A DNA stretch of 64,000 bases from Cyanidioschyzon merolae (taxonomy: Eukaryota), in the NCBI GenBank assembly GCA_000091205.1, contig AP006500.2. One strand, 5' to 3'. Position numbers and translations under genes: made by a program. The stretch's first letter is position 1. Each line of letters opens with the position of its first letter. Shown in pieces: positions 1-13,207 of the stretch. The notes beneath the pieces were generated by a model. That model did not search any database. It saw only the letters and a program-made list of their open reading frames with translations, and had not been told where the DNA came from.

Positions 1-13
1 AGGCAGTCCTCTT

Positions 14-523
14 GTGAGGCAAGTCGCGAAGATCGCGGACCAGGCATCCAAGACTCCGGGATACCGCCAGGTCGTTGCCTGGGAGCATCTGGAAGAGCTC
101 GCAGATGCGGCAACTGCAGATGGTGTATTCGGTTCGCAGTCGCGGTCGATGTCACGTATCTTACGTCGCCCAGAAAGTCGGTTTCGACTCTTGCTCACGA
201 AACTAGAGCTTGGTGAGGAGCTCTGCACACGCGACGAGCGGCGTTTGATGCTAGCATTGGATACCTCTGATGCGAGACTTGAACCCGAACGCATGCGCTC
301 GAGGAAGAGGGCACCTGGTGGAGCGCAGGATGGCGCCTCTGCAAAGCGCGACCACGGGAGGTCTGCATCCGTTTCGTCGTCGTCGTCGTCGTCGTCGTTA
401 GAGCCAGAGCACGAGGATCACGTGCACCCAGCGGCCAAGAACGCGTCTTCCGCGAGAAAGAAAAGACGACATCATCGGCGACGATCATCCAACAAAAACG
501 AAACCCTGGAGAATCCTCAGTAA
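14..523 (+). CDS. hypothetical protein with a Ser/Arg-rich low-complexity tail; N-terminus may lie outside the window
   Basis: 169-aa ORF from the supplied track; poly-Ser encoded by (TCG)n near 370-400; no recognisable domain. Confidence 0.2.
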   Translation: MRQVAKIADQASKTPGYRQVVAWEHLEELADAATADGVFGSQSRSMSRILRRPESRFRLLLTKLELGEELCTRDERRLMLALDTSDARLEPERMRSRKRAPGGAQDGASAKRDHGRSASVSSSSSSSSLEPEHEDHVHPAAKNASSARKKRRHHRRRSSNKNETLENPQ

Positions 524-1517
524 GCTAGCATTTGAGCGAGATTGCTGCCGAATCATCGCCGTGCCCTGGCCCAGTGGATATCGCATGATGCATCGTTTAC
601 AGCGTTTCAGTCATGATCCTGGGTGGTGATTATCCCCGCCGGAATACCTCAGGACTAGATCGCGGATCGTTGGAAGCTACGCTCGCGTCCATCGCGTGTA
701 CCATGCGCTGCAAAAGTGGTGCTTGTCTGCAGCTCCTCAAAGAGCACATGATCGCTTGCTGTGCTGCGAGCACCACGCCGCCGGCCTCTGTCGGCAAACG
801 CGCTCAAAGGCGTACTCGCGACAAGCATGAATTCAGCAGGAATATTGGCGCTGGTTGAGGCACTGCGACTGACTATCGAGAGACCAATCTCAGCAACCGC
901 AGCATGCGTCGATCACTGGGGCGCAGCTTAAACTCCAGCAGCGATGCGGCAGTGTCAGAGCCAGACCTGCAGACTAGTGGACAGAGCGCAGCATGCCTCG
1001 TTCTGGATTTCGCAGAAGTACCCGCCAGAGACGCTTTTCAGGGTAGCCAGTGGCGGATCGCGTCTATTTCGCTACCGGGAATTCGGACGGATTCCGCGTC
1101 CAGTCGACCGGGGACGGTTCACGCTCTCCACTCGGACGTCAACGCGTTTCACTTTGGTGATGAAGGTGCTGCATTCATCGACCGACCAGTCTGCATGACG
1201 ATTCGAAGAACATCGGGCGGAATCTTTGATGCATACCTCTGGAGCATGATTCGCAGAGGTGTACTTTTTTGCGGGTCGTCGAGGTGGAGCGTGTGGCGAG
1301 AGCCACATATTTGAGCGACCTCGCACCGGGCGTGATCCAAGTCACCATTCGGCTGATGCTCAAGCGTGCCTCGCGTACCCGACATGTCGTTGCTCACCTT
1401 CGTGATGCTGGTGTGCTTCTGTGGGTAGCGCACTTGCGCCCGTTTGCGAAGCGTAGCGGACCTTGAGGACAAATGGCACGCTCCAGCAGCCATGCGCTTG
1501 CATAGGTCATGCATTCA

Positions 1518-2177
1518 TCATGTGATGCTTTCCAAAGCAGCACCCAGGGCGTGGTCATCAAACACGTCGTGGAAATCCCAGAACTGCACATTCCAGCGGG
1601 GGTGGTAGCGCCGACACCAGCGCTCAAACCCCTGGATATATGCGGGTCGCAGGTGCGCATCCAAAGCGTTCCGGAACGCCACCATGGACTCCTCGATGAT
1701 CGAGGGATCCATGAGAATGCTCCCCGACAACGGATCCAGCATCACCTTGACCGGAACATGCTCATAACCCCAGAAAGGCAGTTTCGTCCCGATATCGCCG
1801 ACCGCTGCCCATCGGAATGAAAACGGCACATGTCGCTGGAACGCTGCAGCGAAAGCGCGATTCCCGACTCGAGGCGACCCAAAAGTCACACTCATCACCA
1901 GATCCGATGACAGACGCAACGACTGTGAATTCTCAAAACACGTCATATCGAGGGCAGCGATGCTTGCCAGAGCCCCGCCGAGAGAGTGACCTCAAAAGAT
2001 CACCGGTTTGTGGTTGCAAGATGCACTATCCAAGGAGTTCATCGCACTACACGGTTGCGCTTCGCTCGCATCTGCATCTGCTGCTGCTGCTGCTGCTGCT
2101 GCATAGGTCAGTTGAGCGTTCTGTGCAGTCTCTGCTTCCCAGCGGCTGGGGTGCCGGCTGCACTGGGGTCCGCGCAT
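1518..2177 (-). pseudogene. class-3 (fungal-type) lipase, disrupted
   Basis: ORF 1518..1946 contains the Lipase_3 motifs 'GSPRVGNRAFA' and 'GHSLGGALASIAAL'. An in-frame TGA (1992-1994) occupies the conserved position directly before GHSLGG ('KPVIF*GHSLGG'). Reading frame changes upstream around the (CTG)8 run. Confidence 0.5.
2071..2100. repeat. (CTG)8 microsatellite
   Basis: direct reading: ctgctgctg... run. Confidence 0.9.
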
Positions 2178-2680
2178 CGAGATCCTATCAGGTTGAGGCT
2201 TTCCGAACGATACCGTCCATCAGGAAGCTTATCCATGATCCACGAATGCATCCTGATGTGCTGTTCAAGGAGCAGGTTGCTTCTTTCCATGCATAGCTCA
2301 TGCACCGCTGACAGGTGCCGCGTACGGACGCACGCACGGCTCGCGCAAAGCCGCCCAGACACTCAAAGGCGTCTGCGAAACCGTTCCATCAAATCAGACT
2401 TGACGCTAAAACGACAGCACTGTTCTGGTTGCAGCGTAACGTGGACGCGTCCGTATCGGAGTCGAGGTCTGGTCCTCGGGTCCAAGCAGCGTCGGTGCAT
2501 CGCCTAGTACCTGGTTCAAACGAGGGAACACCTGCGTGGATGCGGCTTCATGTGGAGTGTCCTATTTGTACAGTATACGACAACGATGCGCTGGAGAGGA
2601 TATTTTGGAACAATCATATATATTTAGGACAATAGTCCGCCGAGCGTTTCGGGATTTCAAATGCAAACGCCTCGGAACGG

Positions 2681-5600
2681 ATGCGCCCGTCGGCCGGGCA
2701 CACTGCGCAGCTGCAGCGCGCTCCCGCTCCAAAACACCCTATCGCTCTAGTTCACAAAACACTTCAAGCAATGACGTCTGCGGAAGCGTTTCTGCTCCCG
2801 TTCCATTGGGAAGATGTGGTTCTGGATCCGGACCTCAGGAGCAAGCACCCCGCGAGAGGGCCGGTTGCTCCGCGCTACGCCGTTTCCGTGGACGCATTCG
2901 ACCTCTCCGACCCTGATATGGTACAGAGCGCTGTGGCGCTCGCCTCCGGTCACGTTTCCGACCATGCTGCCAACGCGCTGCTCATACCCGAAGACGTTGC
3001 GGAAAACGAAACCATCCAATGTTTGGACTCGCTTGCCGGTGTCGATGGCGACCAGTCCCTGTCCTGGTGGCTCGCTCCTCTGAGCGACCGAGCAGCAGCG
3101 CAACTGCGCGCTCTTCTTTGGTGCATTCATCACTGGTGCGGACTGAATGACTTCAGCATCCGGGCACAGCTTTTTACTTGTGTTCAACACGGGATCAAGC
3201 AAGCACTACACGTCATGCGGAACGCAGCCCGCGCTGAGCTCAGTGCAGACCCCGCAAACCGAACCGGTACGGATACCTGGCGCTCTATTCTTCGCTTGGT
3301 GGCGTTCGTTAGCGCCCACTGGCTGCAGGCCGTGGAGCGTGAACTTGCTGAGGACGCTGTCGCCTTAAGTCTGCCGCTTGCCGGTACCTCTGGTGGCAGC
3401 AGGGTAACTCGTCTTGAGAGCAGCTCGGCGCGCACAGGCACCAATCAAGGCGGCACACCGGCGCGCTGTCGGGCGAAGCGCCCCAACCTTCGCAAGAAGA
3501 CGTCTCGTTTCATCGTCGAGTCGGATGCTTCCGATGAGGAATCGCCAGCATACGCAGAAGACCAGGCAACGGTATGCACCGGGGACTTGCCTGGAGAACG
3601 CGAGCATGCTGGTCCAGAGAATTCATGGGCTGAGCTCTACGAGGGCGAGCGCGAGCGTCTCCTAGAGGCATTCGGTGAGCTCCTGCGCCAAGAAGGCATC
3701 ATCAAACTCGCCTTTCCCTCAGCAATTCCCGAAGACGCATACCTCTACCTGTTTGTGCGCACGTCCTGTGCCTTGCTCGAGTCGCGTCTGGTATGTCGCA
3801 AGGAGCGAGCACGAGCGCTGCTCGTTGATCTCATCGTAGAGTGCCTCTCGCGCTACGGACAAGCTGGTCGATTGTGTCCCATTCTCGTTCACAGTTTGCA
3901 ACGGTATGAGCATGTAGCCCCGGTTCTCGTCGATATCGTGGTGGTGCTGTGTCAAGATGACGCTGACAGCGGCAACACGCAGCGCCGCAGCGGCTCTAAT
4001 ACCAGGGACGCGCTCCAGGAATCGTTGACTCGTGGCGATGTACCAGCGCTCTCCGTCAGCCAAGCCGGACGCGATGACTGCATTCGAGACCTGATGACGC
4101 AAGTGACCCAGATTCCTATTAGTGAACTCGCTCGTGACAATACCTGTGCGCGTCATGTTGCACGGTTTCTCACGGAGCTTGCAGAGCGCTCTCCTGGGAC
4201 GCTGGTTCCCTATTTTGCTGCATGGATTCCGCATTTCGATGGTGAGGCATACTCCGTTCGTAACGCGCTTGTGCAAGCCTTTGGATGTGTCCTGAAGCAT
4301 CTGGCAGAACACAGGAGCCCTGAGGCTGTACAGGCGCCTCACCAGGAGCCACACGACGAGTCCATGACGCTCCAAGAGCGCCTGCTGCAGTTGCTCTTGC
4401 GACGCCTGGATGACGTGCATGCTTTGGCGCGCTCGCGGACGCTCCAGGTCTGGCAACAGCTCATCGAGGCTCGTTGTGTACCCGTCAGCTTGTATGCTAC
4501 CCTGGCTGCTCAGGTCGCGCAGCGGCTGCAAGACAAGTCGATGCACGTACGCCGTGCTGCCCTGCAACTTATTGCCGTTGCCATCCGGTTGAACCCGTTT
4601 GCTGATCGTCTGCAGCCGGCATTGTTTATACAGCGCCAAGCTCAGTGCCTCCGTATAGCGCCCGATGACCCCGCCTCAACGTTCGAGATGCCCTTCGCGT
4701 TAGCGCAAGAAGGTGCTTCTTTCTATGCGGGCGCAGCTACTTTTGCGGAAATTCTCAACAAAGCTATCCCGCTGGTCAGCAGGCTGTGTCGTTCCCGTCA
4801 GAACGGTGACGTGCTCGATGCCATTCGTGTCTTGTGCACAGCTTACCAGTTCGAGGTGCCAGCTGCTGTGGCTGAGGCACCCAAGCAGACTTTACGTCTG
4901 GGTTTATCCCGGGAGGAAAGCGTTCAGACAGCAGCGCTCGATGCCTTTTACACCATGTGCTTCGTTCTGCCGCTGGAACAGGTCTTGCGCTCGACAAAGC
5001 AGCAACAAGATATGGCACTCGCGACAGAAGCGCTGCAGACCATGGGTGTCTTGGCCATCACCAGATCCCTGGTGTCGCTGGTCGCTCGGGCTACTGTTGG
5101 CGAACTGACCTGCTTCGAGCGACTCTTGCCAGCATTGTATCGCAGTGAGCGCCTCGCTCCTTCGGTCCTGCAGTGCTGGTGGGACGTGCTCGCCGGTCGA
5201 ATTCCCGGTGCGAACTTGGAACTCATCCGTGGATGCACCTTCCTCATTCAGTGCGTCGTATCCGCAAAGCCACTCACCAAGTCGCAATGCGAGCTGCTGC
5301 GAGAGCACGCGTTTACTGATCTGGTGACTGCCCGTTGGGCCTGCGCGGCACTTACCCACGGTCTAGCAGCCCAGTCGTTAGACTCCGAAGATGGACTGCT
5401 TGTCGGCAAGGTCGAGGCGCTGCTCGTCGACGACACCAGGAGTGTGTACTGGCCAGCAGCCGCTCAGGCCGCTGTCACATGCCTCTTCCATTGCAGCCGG
5501 GATCCTTCGCAGAGCGTTCATCGGGTTCTGCAGCGCCTTGTGGAGCGGCACCAGGTTGCACAGCAACAGGCGAGAGGCTCGCAAGGCAGCACGGCTCATG

Positions 5601-7150
5601 GCGACGTGCACCAAGACAAACCGCAGGTTCGTTGCGCCAGCTCTTGGCTAAGCCGCCTCTTCACCGTGGGCAGCGCTTTTGCTGTGCACCAACTGCACTT
5701 TGCCGTGAAGAGTGTACGCGCTTGTCTGCGCTCCGAGTCGTCGACGAACCCGGTCGAGACCTGTCTCGCCGAGGCAGTTGCGCAGCTGCAACTCGACGAT
5801 GCGTCAAAGCAGGTGGAGGCAACTTTGACGACACCGGCAACGGGCCAAGCGCGACGTGCTCGTCAGTCGCACTCGAAAGCGGCCGCGTCCGTTACGGAAG
5901 CTAGCGTCGCGCACGTTGGTATCGATCCCGAGCGCCTCCAGTACCTGGAAAGTCGTCTGGATCAGCTGTGCAGCGTGCTGGAGACGGAGCTGACGGCACC
6001 GGAGGCACCTCTGGCGGCGCTGGCACCACTCGCTGCCCATGTGCTGTTACGCGCTTGTGCTTGGACACCGCAGTCGCAGTCGCAGTCGCAGTCGCAGTCG
6101 CAGCCTGCTGCATCTCTCGAGGACGACTCCAGCGTTACCGCAGCGCAGACGCCTGTGCATGGCGCCCGAGTCCAGCCTCGGTCTAGCGCGGACAATACAC
6201 TCGGGGCTGCTGCCGCCCTGTGCCTGGGACGACTCGCCTGTCTCCACGAGTCCGTTGCCGAGCGCTTCCTGCGTGTGCTCTTCACCGCCCTGCAACAAGC
6301 ATCCAGCGCTGTAGTGCGCATCAACATTGTGGTCGCACTGGGTGACCTGGTTGCCCGCTTTCCCAACCGGCTCGAGCCGTGGACAGATCAACTGTATACG
6401 GTACTGCGCCAGGATCAAGACGCTCGGGTGCGTCGCTATATGCTCATGGTGCTGACGCACCTCATTCTTAACGAAATGATCAAAATTAAGGGACACTGGG
6501 TCGACCTGGTGCGCTGTCTGCAGGATTCTGACGCTAGCGTCGCGCGACTCGCTCGAACACTTTTCACTGAAATGCAGCGTAAGCGCGTCAGTGCAGCACA
6601 AACGTTCATGCTGCTGCTTCCGGACCTGGTTTGCAGTCTGTCCCAGGAGGAGGAGGCGGAGGAGGAGGCGGCAACGCTGGTTAGCGGGCACGCACCGAGC
6701 CGGCTCACAAAACCGAAAGCTCTGCAACCGTCCATATCCACGGAAGCATTCCTGGATATGATGCAATTCCTCTTATCGTTTGTGCGCCAGGAGCGTCTGA
6801 CAGAGCACCTGCTGGAACGTTTCTGTTACCGTCTGCGGGGTGCCGCCGATGTGCATACTGCACAACGTTTGGCGCTGTGCCTGCCGCTGTTGCACTGCAC
6901 CAGCGAGCGTTGTCTCCGCCGTCTCGTGGAGCTCAGCAAGTGCTACACGCACTGGCTAGCAGACGGTGTCGTAGCGGAGGCTCTGTCCCATGTGCTGGCT
7001 CGGGTGCAACGAGCCGCCAAGCGCCCAGAGCAACGCGAACTCGTCCAAGCGTTCGCACAGTGCCTCGCACGCGGCGCACATGTTGATCAGGGCGTTGGTT
7101 GTCACGGGATCAGCACTGGCGACAATGACGACGATGATGACAAGGGTGGC

Positions 7151-7188
<38 letters not shown>

Positions 7189-7660
7189 GATGACGACACC
7201 CGCACGCGTGCCCCAGCACCTCAGCAACAGCAACAGCAGTAGGTTGTCGATGCTCAGGTCTCCAGACGCGGACTCGCCCGTACTCTGGACACCAGGAGCA
7301 CCTACAGCAACGACAAGGGCAATATCAGCGTCTACATCGACTCCGAAAAACGCGGCTGGTGTGCCTGGGAGCGCTGCACTGTGCACACCAGGCAGCGGCT
7401 GGCGAACACCGGCAAGTGCGCGGCAACTTGCACGAGCGCGTGCTCGCACTGCAATGCAGCAACTACTCCAAGAGCACCTTCATCACCGTCATAATCATAA
7501 CCATCGTAGTCATTCTCGTAAGCAACAACAGAACAGCACCAAGCTGGAGCGTTCGCCCTCGTTTGATCAAGTGACGCCTGAGCGAGGTCGCTCGACAAGT
7601 CGTCGTCGTCGTCGTCGTCGTTGTGCGGGCAGCCCAGGGGCCTCGATACGTTCGCCCTAG
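2681..7660 (+). CDS. condensin complex subunit 1 (Cnd1/Ycs4/NCAPD2-like); true start may be a downstream Met (e.g. 2771 'MTSAEAFLLPFHW')
   Basis: 1659-aa ORF. The C-terminal Cnd1 domain aligns to NCAPD2 from memory: 'ALGDLVARFPNRLEPWTDQLYTVLRQD..VRRYMLMVLTHLILNEMIKIKGHWVDLV..DSDASVARLARTLFTEMQRK'. The tail (from ~7100) is acidic/poly-Ala/poly-Arg low complexity. TAG stop. Confidence 0.8.
6071..6100. repeat. (CAGTCG)5 hexanucleotide repeat encoding (QS)n inside the condensin ORF
   Basis: direct reading. Confidence 0.9.
7153..7185. repeat. (CAG)11 microsatellite encoding Ala12 in the condensin tail
   Basis: direct reading. Confidence 0.9.
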
Positions 7661-9423
7661 ACACCTACATCAGAGGAACGAAGGACTCTTGAAAAACGCA
7701 ATCCATACATCGCTTTCGCTACGCATGTGTTCGTGGGGTTACCATACAAGCTCGGTGCGCTTGAGGCAGCGTCGTCGCTTGGCTATGGTCAGGTGTTTCC
7801 GTCTATCCAGCATCGCTCATCTTCTAAAGCCGGTACAGCGACGCAGGAACGTTCTCTGTTTCATCGCTCGGCACGTATCGTGAACCGGTACAGAGGGCTC
7901 CTTTCGATCTCCTGCTTCATCATCTGCGCCAGGTGCTGTACCAGTCGATCACGGACCGCGGTTTGGCGATCGACTTGACGAGTACGCTGGGTGCTGCAGG
8001 TGCAAGCGCACGCTATGCCGATCGCTCGAAACGACTTGTGGAGTGCGGTACTGTCCAGTATGACTCGAGTACCATACGAAAAACCCAGACCGGTGCCGCA
8101 GTCGAGATATCAGCTCGATCCGTTGGGGCTCTGGTCGGGCGGAGGAGTCACGCGCGCTCCACTGGAAGCGAACGTTGCGAGACCGCTCGCGTCCAAGAAG
8201 TTTTTTTTTTGCCTAGGACCAGAAGAGACCGGGGCCTCGCTGGGACCACAATTGCTCGTGAACGGTTCATGTTGCCGTGGAGTGTCGTTTCGTTGATGTC
8301 CATAAAAAGAAGGCGATCTTTCGTTCTAGCGAAATCGATCATTTGACGTGACAAGCTCCGTGACCATTCGGTATACGCTGGTGAGCAAGTCGTCGAAAGC
8401 ACGACGTCGTCGACGTGCTATGCTCGTCTTTCGAGTAGTGCGAACTGGTGTGCCCGCGAGTTGCCTTGAATCAGGAAAAACGAAAACGTGAAAAATGTCT
8501 GATTTCAGCATGCCATACGGACGGAGATGAGAGGAACAGGGGATTCTGCGCCTGCACTGGATCCCGGTATCGATTACCTTGCGAATGCTTCTTCCGTTGC
8601 GTTCCGGATCATGTTGATTCTGTTGACGACGACGGGAACTCTAGCGCCAAACAGTCTACGAAGCCACATCGAAAAGAAGACCGTGCATCCTGAAGCGACA
8701 TGCGAGTCCGCAAGGCCTTGCTCTTCTGCTGCGCTTCGAAATTCGGCACAATGCATATACGAGGGAACACCTCGGAGAACGTCGACGAACAGGTCCAGAT
8801 CTAGCTGTCCAGTGTTCCAGTTCAAGCTGAAACTGGTGTCGTGATGCTGGGGCATGGACGGCGAGTCAACCGCTGTCGCACGGCTCGCGGAGGACGCACC
8901 CAGGCAACCGCTATTGTCGTCCTCGTAACGATGCTGGCACGCTGGAACGCATCGGATGCGTATCGGTAAGCACGAGCACCGGTCGCTACCCGGAATTCAG
9001 AACAGGAGTGGCGTATTCACGAAGCATACGTCGTTTCACAGCATTGATCGTGTACCGCGCACACACATACACAAGCGATCCACGAGTCGGGAGCAGAACG
9101 TTACGCCCTGATACCCTGAGCTCCTGGTCATTTGCGCGCTTGCGGTAGCGCTCGACGTGACACACGAGGCCGGCGGAAACCTCACGGGAGTGCAGAGCGA
9201 AACGAGATGCCAAAGCGCGCTTACGAAGCATCCCGCACGTCTTGAACCGAGTATCGACACGCGTGACCCAGCGTCGTGCGTATTCTCCCGCTCGGTGCAG
9301 CATGACAGCTGCTCCCAGCGATACCGAAAAACGTCATGCACTCGGCGATGCCTGGTTAGGAGCGACATCCTCGAGAAAGAAAGGCGCTGAACGCAGTCGT
9401 AGCATGCCGCCTCTGGTGTTGGT

Positions 9424-12221
9424 TCAGAGGTTTAGACGTTCACTCACGTCGCTGCTGCGCCACCATACTTGCCCGTAAAACTCCCATGACGCCAGTACCA
9501 GTCGATCTGTACCTGAACTATTTCGCAGAGCTCGTAAGCGAATGTAGCGCAGCAATGGTGCCTGAGCAGCAGCACCGGCAGCATCAGAAGCACCAGCAGC
9601 ACCAACAGCACCAGCAGCAGCAGCACCAGCAACGGCAGCTTCAGAAGCACCAGCAGCAGCGCCCCGCTTGTCATGCGGATGCACACCAGTCCACGCTCTG
9701 CTTGGCTTGTTCGGCACTGCGCCCAGCGACCAGACAGCGAACGCATGTGGACTTGTCAGCCGTTCATCGTGGTGCTGGTGCTGGAGCACTACCCAGGGCA
9801 ACCCATGGGTGGCGTTCGTTTGCCGTATCCGCTGCGACGATGTCGACGGTGCTGAGCAAGCGCAGGCGACCTGCGTAGGTCCACCGGCTTGAGTGTGCGC
9901 CTTGTCAAGCTTCTGATTCTCGAAATCGACATGATCGTTGTCGTCGGGTCTGCCTTCAAGAATCCATTCACGCAGGTATTCACCATCGCGCTCATCATGA
10001 CGTAAAGCGTAATGCGTCAAGCGAACGCGACGCAAAGCACCCAAGTCAATAGAGACCCATGCAGTGTCATTGTCATTGTCATTGTCGTTCGACTCTTGCA
10101 GAGCGGTCACTGGTCCCGTCTGTGTTATCGAACCGCTGTGCTGTCGCGCAGCACGCCCAGAAGAAAGCGTCGCACGATCCACGTCGTCGTCGTTGTCGTC
10201 GTATACAGGCAACGAACGTCTGGCTGGCTCCTTGGTCCGCCTCGGAGCGACAAAGCTATGGGCAGCACGCCCCAGATGATCGCAGAGTAGTTCGCAGTTC
10301 AGGTTCAGTAACGAGGAAGCGGTGATGCGCACCATACCAGTTCGATGCGGATTTCTCCACACGCGTCCCTGGGGAAGCGTCCCGAGAAACGACAGGATAC
10401 CATTGGCTTCTGTTCCCGGTAGATATCGCACAAAGACGTGCTGCCAGTTTCGTCCGTCTGGTGGCATATTCACTGGATCGCGACTCCATGGCGACGGTTG
10501 GAGTACTGAACAAGCCACGGCTAGCGACACGTGTTCGTCCACGAATGTGTCCAGCTGCGGCGGCACACAAACTCTCGGCCTATAGAACAGATGATCCTCG
10601 TCAATGAGTTCGAGGCTCGGCAAGCAATGCTCGTCGATTTCGTGTCGTTCGATATGGTGCTCCAGACTCGAAACATCGGCAGCTGCTGCGAATGCACAAG
10701 CCCATTCCAAAAGCATATTCGCTCGCTTTGCAGCGGCGTCGGCAGCAGGCCCTACCGCAGATGCTGCTGTCCCCGGTGATCCCATGAGTACCAGCTGCTC
10801 GGGTGTGTCGACTTTCGTGCACGTTGGTGCCTGGGCGCGCGTGTCGAGCCACTGCTGCAGTAGCACGAGCGATGCCTCAGGTCGATTCCAGAACGAAAGC
10901 ATACCAAGGAGGCAGTACAAGTCCAGACGCTGCAGTGTCGCCTCGACAAGGGCGTTGGGATCCTCTGGCGGTGTCGAGGTGCTCGAGGCCGAAGCGCACG
11001 CTGCACCTCTACTCTGGCCTTCGAGGATGCCGGTCTGCACCTCCGCGGGTACCCAGGGAGGTACTGGCACGCTCGCTTCCTGTTCGTCGGGCGACGCAGG
11101 AGAATGCCACTGTGGTGACACGTTTTGTTCGGCACTTGGTACCGACGGGCGCGCGTCTGCCGTACTCGCACAACAGTGACTGGTATCGCAACTGCTCTCG
11201 CTGCTGCTGCCGCTGCTGCTGCTACTGCTGCCCGTCATGTCGGTTTGCATCAGGTCCCAGCAGTGATCCAGTGAACGCGCCATCGCTTCCCAGGCGGTGA
11301 GGAGCATATCCGAACGACTCAGTCGCAGAGCTGTCTCCGCGACAGCTGCAGTCCACGGCAAGTGATGCTCACTCAATGTGCGCATATGGTGCACCAGTGC
11401 TCGGGCTGCTTCGCATTCAAGGTGATCCCATTGAAAAGTATCAGCGAAACAGAGCAGCGCTAGGGCCTGTTCCGGAGTCCAGTGCTCTCGATACGGGGTT
11501 TTCGCTTCTCCGGGGTATCGTTCGAGGAACTGCAGCGCGGTGCGCAGACACCCTGCCGACACGCTAGGTAGCATGATGCCACACAGAGGGTCCGGCTGCT
11601 TTACCACCGTTTCCGATTCGGGTGGTGCCCCAGCACCGGGGCATGTGCTGGTGAGTGATCGGCTCTCTCGCATGCCCGAGGTCTCGAGAAGTGCCCGAAA
11701 TACCGGCGACACGGCGATGAGCTGCTGCCGTGGCGCCCATACGGGTACCCACTCGCCAGGCACGTCACTGGTGTTGGTGTTGATGTGCTGCTTCGTTCCG
11801 TGGTGACTGCTAGTGCTGCTGTTACTGTTCTTACGATTCTTAATGCTTTCATCTGTGTTTCTCAGTGCGAGTGCTTCGAGCTCCACTGACAATTTTCTCG
11901 GTGATCGATTTGCTGGAGCGGGCACAGCACCCGTCGTCCACGCAGGCACGTACACGGCATCCTTGGCACACCAGAAGAGCACCAGGTCGCTGCTCGATCG
12001 ATGCTGGGATGCTTTCTGGCCCGTGCCGTTCTCTGCATCTCCCTGATCAGGTATTGGCGGGCGTGTTGTTGAGCGCAGGGGTCCAGCCTGCCGACGAAGG
12101 CTCGCGTCTTGTGCACGTGAAGGCAGCGGGCTCGTCGCGTGCTCGCAGCGCACCCGAGCCTGCGCACTGCCATGAACGCCGTCTCCGAGCGCTGTTGTAG
12201 AGCCTTCTTCTTCCTCTTGTT

Positions 12222-12252
<31 letters not shown>

Positions 12253-12984
12253 TATCCACGGTAGCAGCCGAACCTGCGGCAGATGCAGGACATCGACTCG
12301 ATAGAAGATGACCGCGGTGTCCCAGCAAGAGAAGCCAATCCATTGAATGGGGCATGATTCGGTGAAAGCGTCCAGCACGCTTCCCGTAGCAACTGTTGTC
12401 GTTTGCTCACGCCGCATTCGCCGGTAATGGAGGTGAGACGACTCGCCCGGCCAACCGAGACCAGCGGCAACATATTCCGGCGAGAGCGCGACCCAGTAGC
12501 GTTGCCGACTTTGTCCATTGAGGAACTCTTGTGAGAGCGGGGCGATATCTCTTCCTGCATTGGTGAACGGGCCACCAGTCGCTACAGAATGCCCGGGAAA
12601 AGGCAAAGCAGCTCCACGGGGTCCAGCATGTGACTCCTGGCTCGCATTGCGTCCCAGTGCAGGACGCTCATATATGTACTCTTGGCGGACAACGCCATGC
12701 TCCCGAAGAAGCGTTCGCGTCCGTCGATGGCTTTGAAAGGATATCTCGAAGCAGGCTCGCGAGCCTTGTGCCTGTGTCTCGACCCGCGAGTCCGCATCGA
12801 CACCAGTTGAGCGGTGACAGAGCAGACAAACAATGTCGTGGTCGCCGGCAGCCTCGAACACCACCAGGCCGAGGTTCGGCACCCTCAGGCGATGGGAGGT
12901 GAGCCAAACCGGCCGACCGCGACGGTTTACCAACGCAAAGGCTCCATCAGGATACGTTACCACCGTCGACGAGGAAGCCGGCAT
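9424..12984 (-). CDS. BTB-like plus F5/8 type C (discoidin)-like domain protein (BTBD9-like architecture), tentative
   Basis: 1186-aa ORF. Central 'QQLIAVSPVFRALLETSG' is BTB-like. C-terminal 'WVSIDLGALRRVRLTHYALRH' ... 'PLLRYIRLRALRNSSGTDRLVLASWEFYGQ' resembles the discoidin-domain consensus. Several low-complexity runs (Ala, Ser/Gly, DND). Confidence 0.4.
12223..12252. repeat. (CAG)10 microsatellite, poly-Ala in the BTB-like gene
   Basis: direct reading. Confidence 0.9.
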
Positions 12985-13180
12985 TCACCACCGTGATGCG
13001 AGGAGCGTGCGGGCACGGCGTTTCTCACACGGTGGAGCGCCCCCAGCCCAGCTTTGCCACTCGCGTTTTGCTCTCTGTACCAGATCATGTACGCGTAGAG
13101 CGTACAGTTGAAAAGAGACCCGCCTCGTAACAAGGAATTCGAAGAACGGCTCGTAAACTCCAAGCGAGACAGCGTCGAGC

Positions 13181-13207
13181 ACACAGACAGACAGACAGAC
13201 AGACAGC
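13181..13207. repeat. (ACAG)6 microsatellite, intergenic
   Basis: direct reading. Confidence 0.9.

Noticed and set aside
2747-7664. Many antisense or alternative-frame ORFs overlapping the condensin gene (e.g. 3719..4639 -, 6047..6766 -, 7332..7664 - with a poly-Asp run)
   Set aside because: Typical stop-poor alternative frames of GC-rich coding DNA; low-complexity content mirrors the sense-strand repeats; no independent motifs.
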